Shown: positions 50,898 through 59,496 of the stretch, piece by piece
Numbering within the stretch: the first letter of the stretch is position 1
How the letters are laid out: every line of letters begins with the position of its first letter
DNA from: an uncultured Clostridium sp.
GTDB lineage: Bacteria; Bacillota; Clostridia; TANB77; CAG-508
Assembly: GCA_947302485.1 (NCBI GenBank)
Contig: CAMYVO010000003.1
Location: 7,567-71,566, forward strand
Direction of reading: 5' to 3'
Length of the DNA: 64,000 nucleotides
Position numbers and translations under genes: made by a program
Notes under the pieces: model-generated
Databases searched by the model: none
Told to the model about the DNA's origin: nothing
What the model saw: only the letters and a program-made list of their open reading frames with translations

Positions 50898-51638
50898 ATG
50901 CAAGAAAACATGCAAGATAGAATTGTAGTTGAGAATGTATATAAAACATTTAATATATATATGGATAAAGCTAATAGTCTAAAAGAAAAACTTTTATTTT
51001 GGAATAGAAATAGAAAAGAAAAAAGGGAAGTTTTAAAAGATATTAGCATGACAATAAAAAATGGAGAAGCAGTTGCATTAATAGGAGTTAATGGTAGTGG
51101 GAAATCAACACTATTAAAATTAATGACAAAAATTATTTATCCAAATTCTGGAAAGATAGAAACACATGGAAAGTTAACATCACTTCTTGAATTAGGAGCT
51201 GGATTCCATCCTGATTTTTCAGGAAGAGAAAATATATATTTTAATGCATCTATATTTGGTTTAACAAAAAAACAAATAGATGAAAGAATAGACAATATTA
51301 TAGAATTTTCAGAACTAGGTGCATATATTGATAACCCAGTAAGAACTTATTCTTCAGGTATGTATATGAGGCTAGCTTTTGCAGTAGCCATAAATGTAGA
51401 TGCAGATATATTGTTAGTTGATGAAATTCTTGCTGTAGGTGATCAACATTTTCAAGATAAATGTATTGCAAAAATGAAGGAATTAAAAGAACAGGGAAAG
51501 ACAATGGTTTTTGTAACACATAGTATGAATACTGTAAAAGAATTTTGCAGTAGAGCGGTATGGCTTTGTAATGGTTTTATAAAAATGGATGGAGAACCAG
51601 ATGAAGTAATTGAAGAATATTTAAAGGAGACATTGTAA
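50898..51638 (+). CDS. ABC transporter ATP-binding protein, polysaccharide/teichoic-acid export type (TagH/Wzt-like)
   Basis: Walker A GVNGSGKSTLLK, signature YSSGMYMRLAFAVA, Walker B ILLVDE. Start at ATG 50898 after AAAGGTG. Confidence 0.8.
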   Translation: MQENMQDRIVVENVYKTFNIYMDKANSLKEKLLFWNRNRKEKREVLKDISMTIKNGEAVALIGVNGSGKSTLLKLMTKIIYPNSGKIETHGKLTSLLELGAGFHPDFSGRENIYFNASIFGLTKKQIDERIDNIIEFSELGAYIDNPVRTYSSGMYMRLAFAVAINVDADILLVDEILAVGDQHFQDKCIAKMKELKEQGKTMVFVTHSMNTVKEFCSRAVWLCNGFIKMDGEPDEVIEEYLKETL

Positions 51639-52412
51639 ATGAAGATTGCAAAAGATATATATAATTACAGAGAATTATTAAAAACAAATATAAAAAAAGA
51701 TGTTGGGGGAAAATACAAGAATTCTTTTTTAGGAGTTTTATGGTCTTTTATTAATCCTCTACTACAAATTGCAGTATATGCTTTAGTATTTCAAGTTATA
51801 TTAAGAAGTAATATAGAGAATTATGCTGTATATCTATGCTGTGCTTTAATACCATGGCAATATTTTTCTAATATAGTAATAAGAGGAGCAGCTGTAGTTA
51901 TTGATAATGGCAATATAATAAAGAAAGTTTACTTTCCTAGGGAAATTTTACCAATATCAATTGTAACAAGTGAGGGAGTTAACTTTCTAATTTCTACAAT
52001 AATAATATTAGGCTTTGTATTGGTTAGTGGAATTGGATTGTCAATAAATGTAGTTTTCTATTTTCTAATATTAGCAATACAATATATAATTTCTCTTGGA
52101 ATTTCTTTTATAGTATCAAGCCTAACAGTTTATTTTAGAGATTTACTTCATCTTTTAGGAGTGTTTATGCAGTTACTATTTTATGCAACTCCTATTGTAT
52201 ATTCTATAAATGATGTACCACCAAGCTTCCAATGGTTACTAAGATTAAATCCAATGTCATACTTAATAGAAGGTTATAGAGCAATTTTCTATTCTAAGAC
52301 ATTACCAAATTTTAAAAGCTTAGGTATTGCACTTATAATGGGAATAATTTTATGTATAATAGGATATGCTTTATTTAGAAAACTTGAAAAAGGATTTGCA
52401 GAAGAACTATAA
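51639..52412 (+). CDS. ABC-2 type polysaccharide export permease (TagG/Wzm-like)
   Basis: 257 aa, 6 TM segments. Translationally coupled to the ATPase gene. Confidence 0.75.
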   Translation: MKIAKDIYNYRELLKTNIKKDVGGKYKNSFLGVLWSFINPLLQIAVYALVFQVILRSNIENYAVYLCCALIPWQYFSNIVIRGAAVVIDNGNIIKKVYFPREILPISIVTSEGVNFLISTIIILGFVLVSGIGLSINVVFYFLILAIQYIISLGISFIVSSLTVYFRDLLHLLGVFMQLLFYATPIVYSINDVPPSFQWLLRLNPMSYLIEGYRAIFYSKTLPNFKSLGIALIMGIILCIIGYALFRKLEKGFAEEL

Positions 52413-52469
52413 ATACAAAATTCTTTTTTTGAATTTTTTTGATTTATTTGAAATTAAAGGGAATTTAAT

Positions 52470-52886
52470 ATGATAGAAACGAAATATTCATTAAAAAAAA
52501 TAGTAACTAAAGAAATCATTTTATATCTAATATTTGGATTTTTAACCACAATTGTTAATCTGGGATCATTCTATTTAATGAATAATATATTAAATTGGAA
52601 TGAGAATTTATCTAATTTCGTTGCAATAGTATTTGCTGTTATAGCTGCGTATTTAACTAACAAAGATTTGGTATTTCATTCTAAGGCAGAAAAGAAGTCA
52701 GAAAAATTTATAGAATTTTTTAAATTTATATTTGGAAGAATGTTTACTATGGCAGTAGAATTTGCTGGAGGAATATTTTTATTTAGATTACCAATTCCTA
52801 ATATTATAAGTAAAGTCTTTCTTACAGTAGTAGTTATAATTTTAAATTTCTTTATAAGTAAATTTTTTACATTCAGAAGAAAATAA
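52470..52886 (+). CDS. GtrA family protein (polyprenyl-phosphate-sugar flippase-like)
   Basis: 138 aa, 4 TM segments. LIFGFLTTIVNLGSFYLM and a C-terminal FFISKFFTFRR pattern. Confidence 0.7.
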   Translation: MIETKYSLKKIVTKEIILYLIFGFLTTIVNLGSFYLMNNILNWNENLSNFVAIVFAVIAAYLTNKDLVFHSKAEKKSEKFIEFFKFIFGRMFTMAVEFAGGIFLFRLPIPNIISKVFLTVVVIILNFFISKFFTFRRK

Positions 52887-52901
52887 TAAGGAGAAAAAAC
52901 A

Positions 52902-53849
52902 TTGAAAAAAATAAGTATTATTATACCAGAATATAATGAAAAAGAAGCTATACTAGCTTTATATGAAAGATTATCAAAAGTAATTGCATCTTTAAATGAT
53001 TACGAATTTGAAATATTATTTATAAATGATGGTAGTACTGATGATTCATTAGAAATAATAAAGATATTAAGAAAAAAAGATGATAGAATTAGCTATGTGG
53101 ATTTATCAAGAAATTTTGGAAAAGAAATTGCTATGATGGCAGGAATCGATTATGCAACAGGTGATGCTGTAATTTTTTTAGATGCTGACTTACAAGATCC
53201 TCCAGAAGTAATACCAGAGTTAATAGAATACTGGGAAAAAGGATATGATGATGTATATGCTAAAAGAAAGTCAAGAAGAGGAGAATCATTTTTTAAGAAA
53301 TTAACTTCTAAGATGTATTACAGAATATTAAAAAAATTAACAAATGTTCCAATTCAAGAGGATACAGGAGATTTTAGATTATTAGATAGAAGATGTGTTA
53401 ATGCACTAAAAAGCTTAAGAGAATCTCAAAGAAATACTAAAAGTATGTTTAGTTGGATAGGGTATAATAAAAAGGAAGTGTTATTTGATAGAGATCCAAG
53501 AGTAGCTGGAAAAACTAAATGGAGTTATAAAAAATTAATTAATCTTGCTATAGATGGAATAACTTCATTTACTACATCTCCACTAAGACTTGCAACTTAC
53601 ATTAGTATACCTACATTTATTATATTATCTGTATATTTTATATATGTAGTAATAAAATCATTTGTAGTAAATGAACCAATACAAGCATTTCAAGCAATAA
53701 TATTATTAATTTTATTCTTTTCAGGAATACAAATATTACTATTTGGAATTATTGGAGAATATTTAGGAAAAATATTTAATGAAACAAAAAATAGACCTTT
53801 ATATTTTGTTGACGAATATAATGGAGAAAGAGAAATGAATAATAAATAG
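52902..53849 (+). CDS. GT2 polyprenyl-phosphate glycosyltransferase (GtrB/DPM1-like) with a C-terminal TM anchor
   Basis: ISIIIPEYNE, FINDGSTDDS, DADLQDPPE, then two C-terminal TM helices. Confidence 0.75.
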   Translation: MKKISIIIPEYNEKEAILALYERLSKVIASLNDYEFEILFINDGSTDDSLEIIKILRKKDDRISYVDLSRNFGKEIAMMAGIDYATGDAVIFLDADLQDPPEVIPELIEYWEKGYDDVYAKRKSRRGESFFKKLTSKMYYRILKKLTNVPIQEDTGDFRLLDRRCVNALKSLRESQRNTKSMFSWIGYNKKEVLFDRDPRVAGKTKWSYKKLINLAIDGITSFTTSPLRLATYISIPTFIILSVYFIYVVIKSFVVNEPIQAFQAIILLILFFSGIQILLFGIIGEYLGKIFNETKNRPLYFVDEYNGEREMNNK

Positions 53850-53860
53850 GAGGTATTCCT

Positions 53861-54724
53861 TTGATTTATGATACTATTATAATTGGAAAAGGACCAGCAG
53901 GTATTTCTGCTAGTCTATATATAAAAAGAGCAAACCTTAATCCTTTAGTAATAGGAAAAGATGGAGGTACTTTAGAAAAAAATTACAAAATTGATAACTA
54001 TTATGGCTTTGAAGATGGAATATATGGAGAAGATCTTATTTTAAAGGGAATTAAGCAGGCAGAAAATTTAGGTATAGATATAGAGACAGATGAAGTGATT
54101 AATGTAAAATTTGAAGACAATTTTATAGTATATACCAGAAATAATAAATTTGAAGCAAAAACATTAATTCTTGCAACAGGAAGCAGTAGGAAAAAATCTA
54201 ATATAAAAGGGATTAAAGAATTAGAAGGAAAAGGAATAAGTTATTGTGCAACATGTGATGCATTTTTTTATAGGAATAAAGATGTAGCAGTACTTGGAAG
54301 TGGAGATTATGCTATTCATGAGGCCATGGAACTCTTGCCTGTTGCAAATAGGGTTACAATATTAACAAATGGCGAAGAAATTATAGAAAATCGCTCTACA
54401 GAATTAAATGTAAATAGTAAAAAAATTAAAGAGGTAAGAGGAGAAAGTAGATTAGAATATATTGAGTTTGAAGATAATACAAATCTTGATATTTCTGGAA
54501 TGTTTATTGCAATTGGAGTGGCTTCTAGCACTGATCTAGCTAAAAAAATAGGTGCTATTGTTGAGGATAATAATGTAAAAGTAGATAGCGATATGAAAAC
54601 TAATGTACCAGGACTATTTGCATGTGGAGATTGTACCGGAGGATTATTACAAGTATGTAAATCTGTTTATGATGGAGCAAAAGCAGGTATTTCTGCAGTA
54701 TCATATTTAAGAAACAATAAATAA
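53861..54724 (+). CDS. trxB: thioredoxin-disulfide reductase
   Basis: YDTIIIGKGPAGISA FAD site and the CATCD redox-active motif. TTG start. Confidence 0.75.
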   Translation: MIYDTIIIGKGPAGISASLYIKRANLNPLVIGKDGGTLEKNYKIDNYYGFEDGIYGEDLILKGIKQAENLGIDIETDEVINVKFEDNFIVYTRNNKFEAKTLILATGSSRKKSNIKGIKELEGKGISYCATCDAFFYRNKDVAVLGSGDYAIHEAMELLPVANRVTILTNGEEIIENRSTELNVNSKKIKEVRGESRLEYIEFEDNTNLDISGMFIAIGVASSTDLAKKIGAIVEDNNVKVDSDMKTNVPGLFACGDCTGGLLQVCKSVYDGAKAGISAVSYLRNNK

Positions 54725-54786
54725 TTTGTATATATAAATAAAAAAATATATATAATATAGTAAAAAAGATTTAGGAGGATTTAAAA

Positions 54787-55101
54787 ATGTCAGTATTAAC
54801 AATTAATAATCAAAATTTTGAAGAAGAGGTAATAAAATCTGAAAAAATAGTATTACTAGATTTTTGGGCTTCATGGTGTGGACCATGTAAGATGTTATCA
54901 CCAATTGTTGATGAAGTTGCAGAAGAACTAGGAGACACTGCTAAAGTAGGAAAAATAAATGTAGATGAGGAATCTGATTTAGCATCAAAATTTCAAGTAA
55001 TGAGTATACCTACTTTAGTAGTAATAAAAGATGGAAAAGAAGTAAAAAGATCAGTTGGAGTAATTTCAAAAGATGAAATTAAAAATTTAGTTAATTTATA
55101 A
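54787..55101 (+). CDS. trxA: thioredoxin
   Basis: WASWCGPCK active site. 104 aa. Confidence 0.9.
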   Translation: MSVLTINNQNFEEEVIKSEKIVLLDFWASWCGPCKMLSPIVDEVAEELGDTAKVGKINVDEESDLASKFQVMSIPTLVVIKDGKEVKRSVGVISKDEIKNLVNL

Positions 55102-55124
55102 AATAAATTTTAAAATAATTATAT

Positions 55125-55162
55125 AAAGCAGTTGCCACATAATTTATGCAACTGCTTTATAT
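55125..55162 (+). terminator. rho-independent terminator after trxA
   Basis: AAAGCAGTTGC-loop-GCAACTGCTTT then ATAT. Confidence 0.6.
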
Positions 55163-55245
55163 GTAAGTTTTATACTTGAAAAATATTTTATATAATGTTA
55201 AAATGTGCTAGAATTAATATAACAAATTGAAAGGATGATTAGCTA

Positions 55246-55827
55246 ATGAGAATATGTGTATATGGTGCGGCAAGTAAGGAGATTGATAAAAAATTTATCA
55301 AAGCTGGAGAAGAACTAGGAAGAAAGATTGCGGATTGTGGACATAGCCTTGTATTTGGAGGAGGAAGAAACGGGATGATGGGAGCAGCAGCTAGAGGAGT
55401 TTTGGAAAATGGTGGAGAAGTTATTGGAATTTCACCTGCTTTCTTTGAAGAAAATAATGCAGAGATTTCTTTTCCAAATTGTACAGAATTTATTCATACC
55501 GAAACTATGAGAGAAAGAAAAAGATTATTAGAAGAAATGTCTGATGCTTTTATAATTACTCCAGGTGGAATAGGCACATTTGATGAATTTTTTGAGATAT
55601 TAACATTAAAACAATTAGGAAGGCATAATAAAGCAATTGTAGTATATGATATGTATGGTTTTTTTGATGAACTAGCAAATGCATTATATAAAATGGTTCT
55701 AGAGCATTTTATTACACAAGACTGTGTAGAACTATGCAAGGTATGTACAAATGCAGATGAGATTTTAGATTATTTAGAGAATTACGATCCTAAAGAAATT
55801 GATATAGATAAAGTAAAAATCAGATAA
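55246..55827 (+). CDS. LOG family protein (TIGR00730, cytokinin riboside 5'-monophosphate phosphoribohydrolase-like)
   Basis: ICVYGAAS...VFGGGRNGMMGAAARG, PGGIGTFDE. Confidence 0.75.
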   Translation: MRICVYGAASKEIDKKFIKAGEELGRKIADCGHSLVFGGGRNGMMGAAARGVLENGGEVIGISPAFFEENNAEISFPNCTEFIHTETMRERKRLLEEMSDAFIITPGGIGTFDEFFEILTLKQLGRHNKAIVVYDMYGFFDELANALYKMVLEHFITQDCVELCKVCTNADEILDYLENYDPKEIDIDKVKIR

Positions 55828-55872
55828 AGTTATATTAGACTGTTCTATTTTGAACAGTCTAATATAACTTTG
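55828..55872 (+). terminator. strong rho-independent terminator
   Basis: 18-bp stem AGTTATATTAGACTGTTC-TATTTT-GAACAGTCTAATATAACT followed by TTGTG. Confidence 0.7.
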
Positions 55873-55939
55873 TGAATTACTTGTAAATTCTTGATTTTTG
55901 ATATGTTTATATATATAATACTTTAGAGGAGATTAACAT

Positions 55940-56944
55940 ATGGAAGAAAATAAATTAATAAGTCCAGAACTCGAAGATTATGAAGAAGAAAGAATGGAAA
56001 ATTCTTTAAGACCTAAAACTCTTGAAGAATATATTGGACAAGATAAAGTAAAAGAAAATATGAAAATATATATAGAAGCTGCAAAGAAAAGAGGAGAACC
56101 TTTAGATCATGTTCTGTTGTATGGACCCCCAGGACTTGGTAAAACGACACTTTCAAATATCATATCAAATGAGATGAATTCAAATATAAAAATAACTTCT
56201 GGTCCTGCTATAGAAAAACCAGGAGATTTAGCAGCATTACTTACAAATCTTTCTGAATTTGATGTGTTGTTTATAGATGAAATACATAGATTGAATAAAA
56301 GTGTAGAAGAGATTTTATATCCAGCTTTAGAGGATTATACATTAGATATAATTATTGGTAAGGGACCAAGTGCAAGATCTATTAGACTGGATTTACCTAA
56401 ATTTACACTAATCGGAGCTACAACAAAAGCTGGTTCTCTTGCAACCCCATTAAGAGATAGGTTCGGAATTGTTAGCAGACTTGAACTTTATACTACAGAA
56501 CAATTAACAACAATTGTTAAAAGATCAAGTAAAATTTTAGAAATAGAGATAGATGAAATGGCAGCAGTTGAAATAGCAAGAAGATCAAGAGGAACACCTA
56601 GAATTGCAAATAGAATATTAAAAAGAGTGAGAGATTATGCAGCTGTTTTGGGAGATGGAAATATAGATTTAAAAATTGCAAAACTTGCATTAAATAAATT
56701 AGAAATTGATGAACTTGGATTAGATGAATTAGATAGAAAAATGTTAGAAACCATCATATTAAAGTATAATGGAGGTCCAGTTGGAGCAGAAACTATAGCT
56801 ACAACTATAGGAGAAGAAGTTGATACAATTGAAGATGTATATGAACCATATTTAATTCAAATTGGTTTTCTATCAAGAACATTAAGAGGAAGAGTAGCAT
56901 TAAAGCCAGCATATGATCATCTTGGAATTCTTTTTACTGAATAG
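55940..56944 (+). CDS. ruvB: Holliday junction branch migration DNA helicase RuvB
   Basis: [12 protein letters not shown], Walker [17 protein letters not shown], and sensor regions. 334 aa. Confidence 0.9.
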   Translation: MEENKLISPELEDYEEERMENSLRPKTLEEYIGQDKVKENMKIYIEAAKKRGEPLDHVLLYGPPGLGKTTLSNIISNEMNSNIKITSGPAIEKPGDLAALLTNLSEFDVLFIDEIHRLNKSVEEILYPALEDYTLDIIIGKGPSARSIRLDLPKFTLIGATTKAGSLATPLRDRFGIVSRLELYTTEQLTTIVKRSSKILEIEIDEMAAVEIARRSRGTPRIANRILKRVRDYAAVLGDGNIDLKIAKLALNKLEIDELGLDELDRKMLETIILKYNGGPVGAETIATTIGEEVDTIEDVYEPYLIQIGFLSRTLRGRVALKPAYDHLGILFTE

Positions 56945-56966
56945 AATAATAAAATTGGAGAGAAAA

Positions 56967-57440
56967 ATGAAAAAAGTATTATTTATTTCTAGTACAGGCG
57001 GACATTTAGATGAATTACTTAGATTAAATGAATTATTTAAAAAATATAATTATTATTTAATAACTGAGAGAGATAAAACAAATGAGTATTTAAAAGATAA
57101 ATATGTAAATAAAGTATCATATTTACCATATTGTACGAGAAGTAAACCATTTTCATATATTTTTTTATTTATATATTTAATAATTAAAACAATATTTTTT
57201 TATTTTAAAATAAGACCAGATGTCATAGTAACAACAGGAACACATACTGCGGGACCAATGTGTTATTTGGGCAAAATCTTTGGTAGTAAAATAATATACG
57301 TTGAAACACTTGCAAATGTAAATAGAAAAACGGCAACAGGGAAATTAATATATCCTATTGCTGACTTATTTATTGTTCAATGGAAAGAAATGCTAAACTT
57401 ATATCCTAAAGCAGTATATGGAGGAATTGAAGAAAAATGA
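56967..57440 (+). CDS. Alg14-like glycosyltransferase subunit (PssD/Cps14F/EpsE-like membrane partner)
   Basis: KKVLFISSTGGHLDEL..., an N-terminal TM-like segment, and ...VTTGTHTAGP. Start at ATG 56967 after GGAGAGAAAAATG. Confidence 0.6.
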   Translation: MKKVLFISSTGGHLDELLRLNELFKKYNYYLITERDKTNEYLKDKYVNKVSYLPYCTRSKPFSYIFLFIYLIIKTIFFYFKIRPDVIVTTGTHTAGPMCYLGKIFGSKIIYVETLANVNRKTATGKLIYPIADLFIVQWKEMLNLYPKAVYGGIEEK

Positions 57441-57949
57441 TTTTAGTATTATTAGGCACTCAGCATAATGAATTTAAAAGATTAATAGAAGAAGTAGAAA
57501 ATAATATAAAAAACGGAGTTATAAAAGATGAGGTTATAGTACAATCAGGATTTACTAAATACGAATCTGATTTAATGAAAATATTTGATATGATACCTAA
57601 AGAAGAAATAGAAGATTTAAAAGAAAAAGCAGATTATATTATTACACATGGGGGTGTTGGGTCAATTGTATCTTCTTTAGAAAAAGAAAAAAAAGTTATT
57701 GCAGTGCCAAGATATAGTAAATATGGTGAACATGTAAATAATCATCAAATAGATATTGTAAATGCATTTAATCAAAAAGGTTATATTATAGGCATTAATG
57801 AAGTAAATGAGTTAGAAGATGCAATTAAGCGATTAAATAATTTTATACCCAATAAATATAGTAGTAATTCAAATAAATTAACAAGTGTTATAGAAGAATA
57901 TATAGAAAGTTTAGATAAAAAAAAGGAGAAAGATAAATATGCAAAATAA
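57437..57949 (+). CDS. Alg13-like glycosyltransferase subunit (Glyco_tran_28_C; PssE/Cps14G/EpsF-like)
   Basis: ILVLLGTQ...ITHGGVGSI. Overlaps the Alg14-like gene by 4 nt (translational coupling). Confidence 0.6.
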   Translation: MILVLLGTQHNEFKRLIEEVENNIKNGVIKDEVIVQSGFTKYESDLMKIFDMIPKEEIEDLKEKADYIITHGGVGSIVSSLEKEKKVIAVPRYSKYGEHVNNHQIDIVNAFNQKGYIIGINEVNELEDAIKRLNNFIPNKYSSNSNKLTSVIEEYIESLDKKKEKDKYAK

Positions 57950-58754
57950 GGGAAAAATATTACATGTACTTATAGCTGTTTTATCGATTTTTATAGTATC
58001 TCTAATAGGAATAATCATCTATGATAGAACAACAGTAAATAATAAATATAAAATAAGTGAAAGACAGCTTAATATACCTATATTTGTTTATCATAATATA
58101 GTTAAAGATTCATCAGAAGTTGTTTATGATTACATGCAAACTCCTAGAGATATATTTGAAAAGCAAATAAAAGGATTAAGGACATTAGGATATAATTTTA
58201 TTACATATGAAGAATTAGTTAAATATAAAAATAATGAATTAGAATTGAATAAAAAGTCATGTATTGTTACATTTGATGATGGGTATCAAGGAATTTATGA
58301 AAATGCATATCCAATTGCAAAAAAATATAATATACCATTTACTGTATTTGTAATAACAGATACAATGGAAAAAGAAGGATCTTTAACATGGGATGAAGCA
58401 AAAACAATGCAAGATAGTGGATTAGTTACAATAGCATCACATAGTACAGATCATCCTGAGTTTACCAGTTTAACAGTAGAACAGGCAGTTAATAATGTTA
58501 ACAATTCATATAAAATAATTGAAGAAAGCCTAGGAGAAAAATCTATAAAAATATTTACATATCCTTATGGTTTATATACAGAAGAAGAGATTGTTGCTTT
58601 AGAAAAAGAGGGATATATTCAAAATTTGACTGATAATAGAATAAACAAAAGCAAGAATCTTGATTTATCCAGATTACATAGATGTTATCCATTAAATGAC
58701 TCGATTTTTAAAATGACATTGAAATTAATATATAGAACAATTAGATACAACTAA
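57939..58754 (+). CDS. polysaccharide deacetylase (NodB homology/CE4) with an N-terminal TM anchor
   Basis: TFDDGYQGIY...PFTVFV and HSTDHP motifs. Confidence 0.75.
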   Translation: MQNKGKILHVLIAVLSIFIVSLIGIIIYDRTTVNNKYKISERQLNIPIFVYHNIVKDSSEVVYDYMQTPRDIFEKQIKGLRTLGYNFITYEELVKYKNNELELNKKSCIVTFDDGYQGIYENAYPIAKKYNIPFTVFVITDTMEKEGSLTWDEAKTMQDSGLVTIASHSTDHPEFTSLTVEQAVNNVNNSYKIIEESLGEKSIKIFTYPYGLYTEEEIVALEKEGYIQNLTDNRINKSKNLDLSRLHRCYPLNDSIFKMTLKLIYRTIRYN

Positions 58755-58786
58755 TATTACGTAATAATGTAAATTATTAAAAACCA

Positions 58787-58813
58787 GGGGCGAATTTATT
58801 CGCCCGCATTTTA
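58787..58813 (+). terminator. GC-rich hairpin (terminator/attenuator-like) upstream of queH
   Basis: GGGCGAA-TTTA-TTCGCCC followed by GCATTTT. Lies 30 nt before the queH RBS. Confidence 0.35.
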
Positions 58814-58839
58814 AACATATTATAAAAAAGGTGATTTAG

Positions 58840-59400
58840 ATGAAATTATTATTACATACATGCTGTGCCCCTTGTAGCGTATATTGCATAGATATTTTAA
58901 GAAGTGAAGGAATAGAGCCAACAGTATATTGGTATAATCCTAATATACACCCATATATGGAATATAAATCAAGAAGAGATTGCTTAAAAGAATATACTAA
59001 ATTAATAAATGTAGATACAGTTTTTGATGAAGAATATGGATTAGATGAATTTTGTAAAAATATAGTAAATGATTTAGATAATAGGTGCACAAATTATTGT
59101 TATCCTGTTCGCATGGAGAGAATGTTTAAATATGCAAAAGAAAATGGGTATGATACGGTTACAACTACGTTATTATATAGTATATATCAAAACCATGAAT
59201 ATATTAAAAATTTATGTGAAAACTTCAGTAAACAATATGAAGTAGATTTTTTTTATAGAGATTTTAGAGTTGGTTTTAGACAGGGACAAGCAAAAGCAAG
59301 AGAATTAGAGCTGTATATGCAAAAATATTGTGGTTGTATTTTTTCAGAGGAGGACAGGTACTTACGATATAATAAGAAATATAAGAAAAATAATGAATAG
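58840..59400 (+). CDS. queH: epoxyqueuosine reductase QueH (DUF208)
   Basis: LLHTCCAPCS N-terminal Cys cluster and C-terminal CGC. 186 aa. Confidence 0.75.
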   Translation: MKLLLHTCCAPCSVYCIDILRSEGIEPTVYWYNPNIHPYMEYKSRRDCLKEYTKLINVDTVFDEEYGLDEFCKNIVNDLDNRCTNYCYPVRMERMFKYAKENGYDTVTTTLLYSIYQNHEYIKNLCENFSKQYEVDFFYRDFRVGFRQGQAKARELELYMQKYCGCIFSEEDRYLRYNKKYKKNNE

Positions 59401-59496
59401 TCTAGATATTAAAGAGGTTTAGTTATATATAAAAGTAAAAATTGAGAATATGAGGTAAGATATTCAAACGAATTAAAGTATAAAGGATTATAAAAT

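Noticed and set aside
58787-58839. Possible preQ1 riboswitch upstream of queH
   Set aside because: Only a short GC hairpin is present. No recognisable preQ1-I/II consensus (conserved loop and A-rich pseudoknot tail) could be identified. Kept only as a terminator-like hairpin.
58836-59090. 84-aa minus-strand ORF overlapping queH
   Set aside because: It is fully contained antisense within the QueH (DUF208) coding sequence, which has clear family motifs. Likely spurious.
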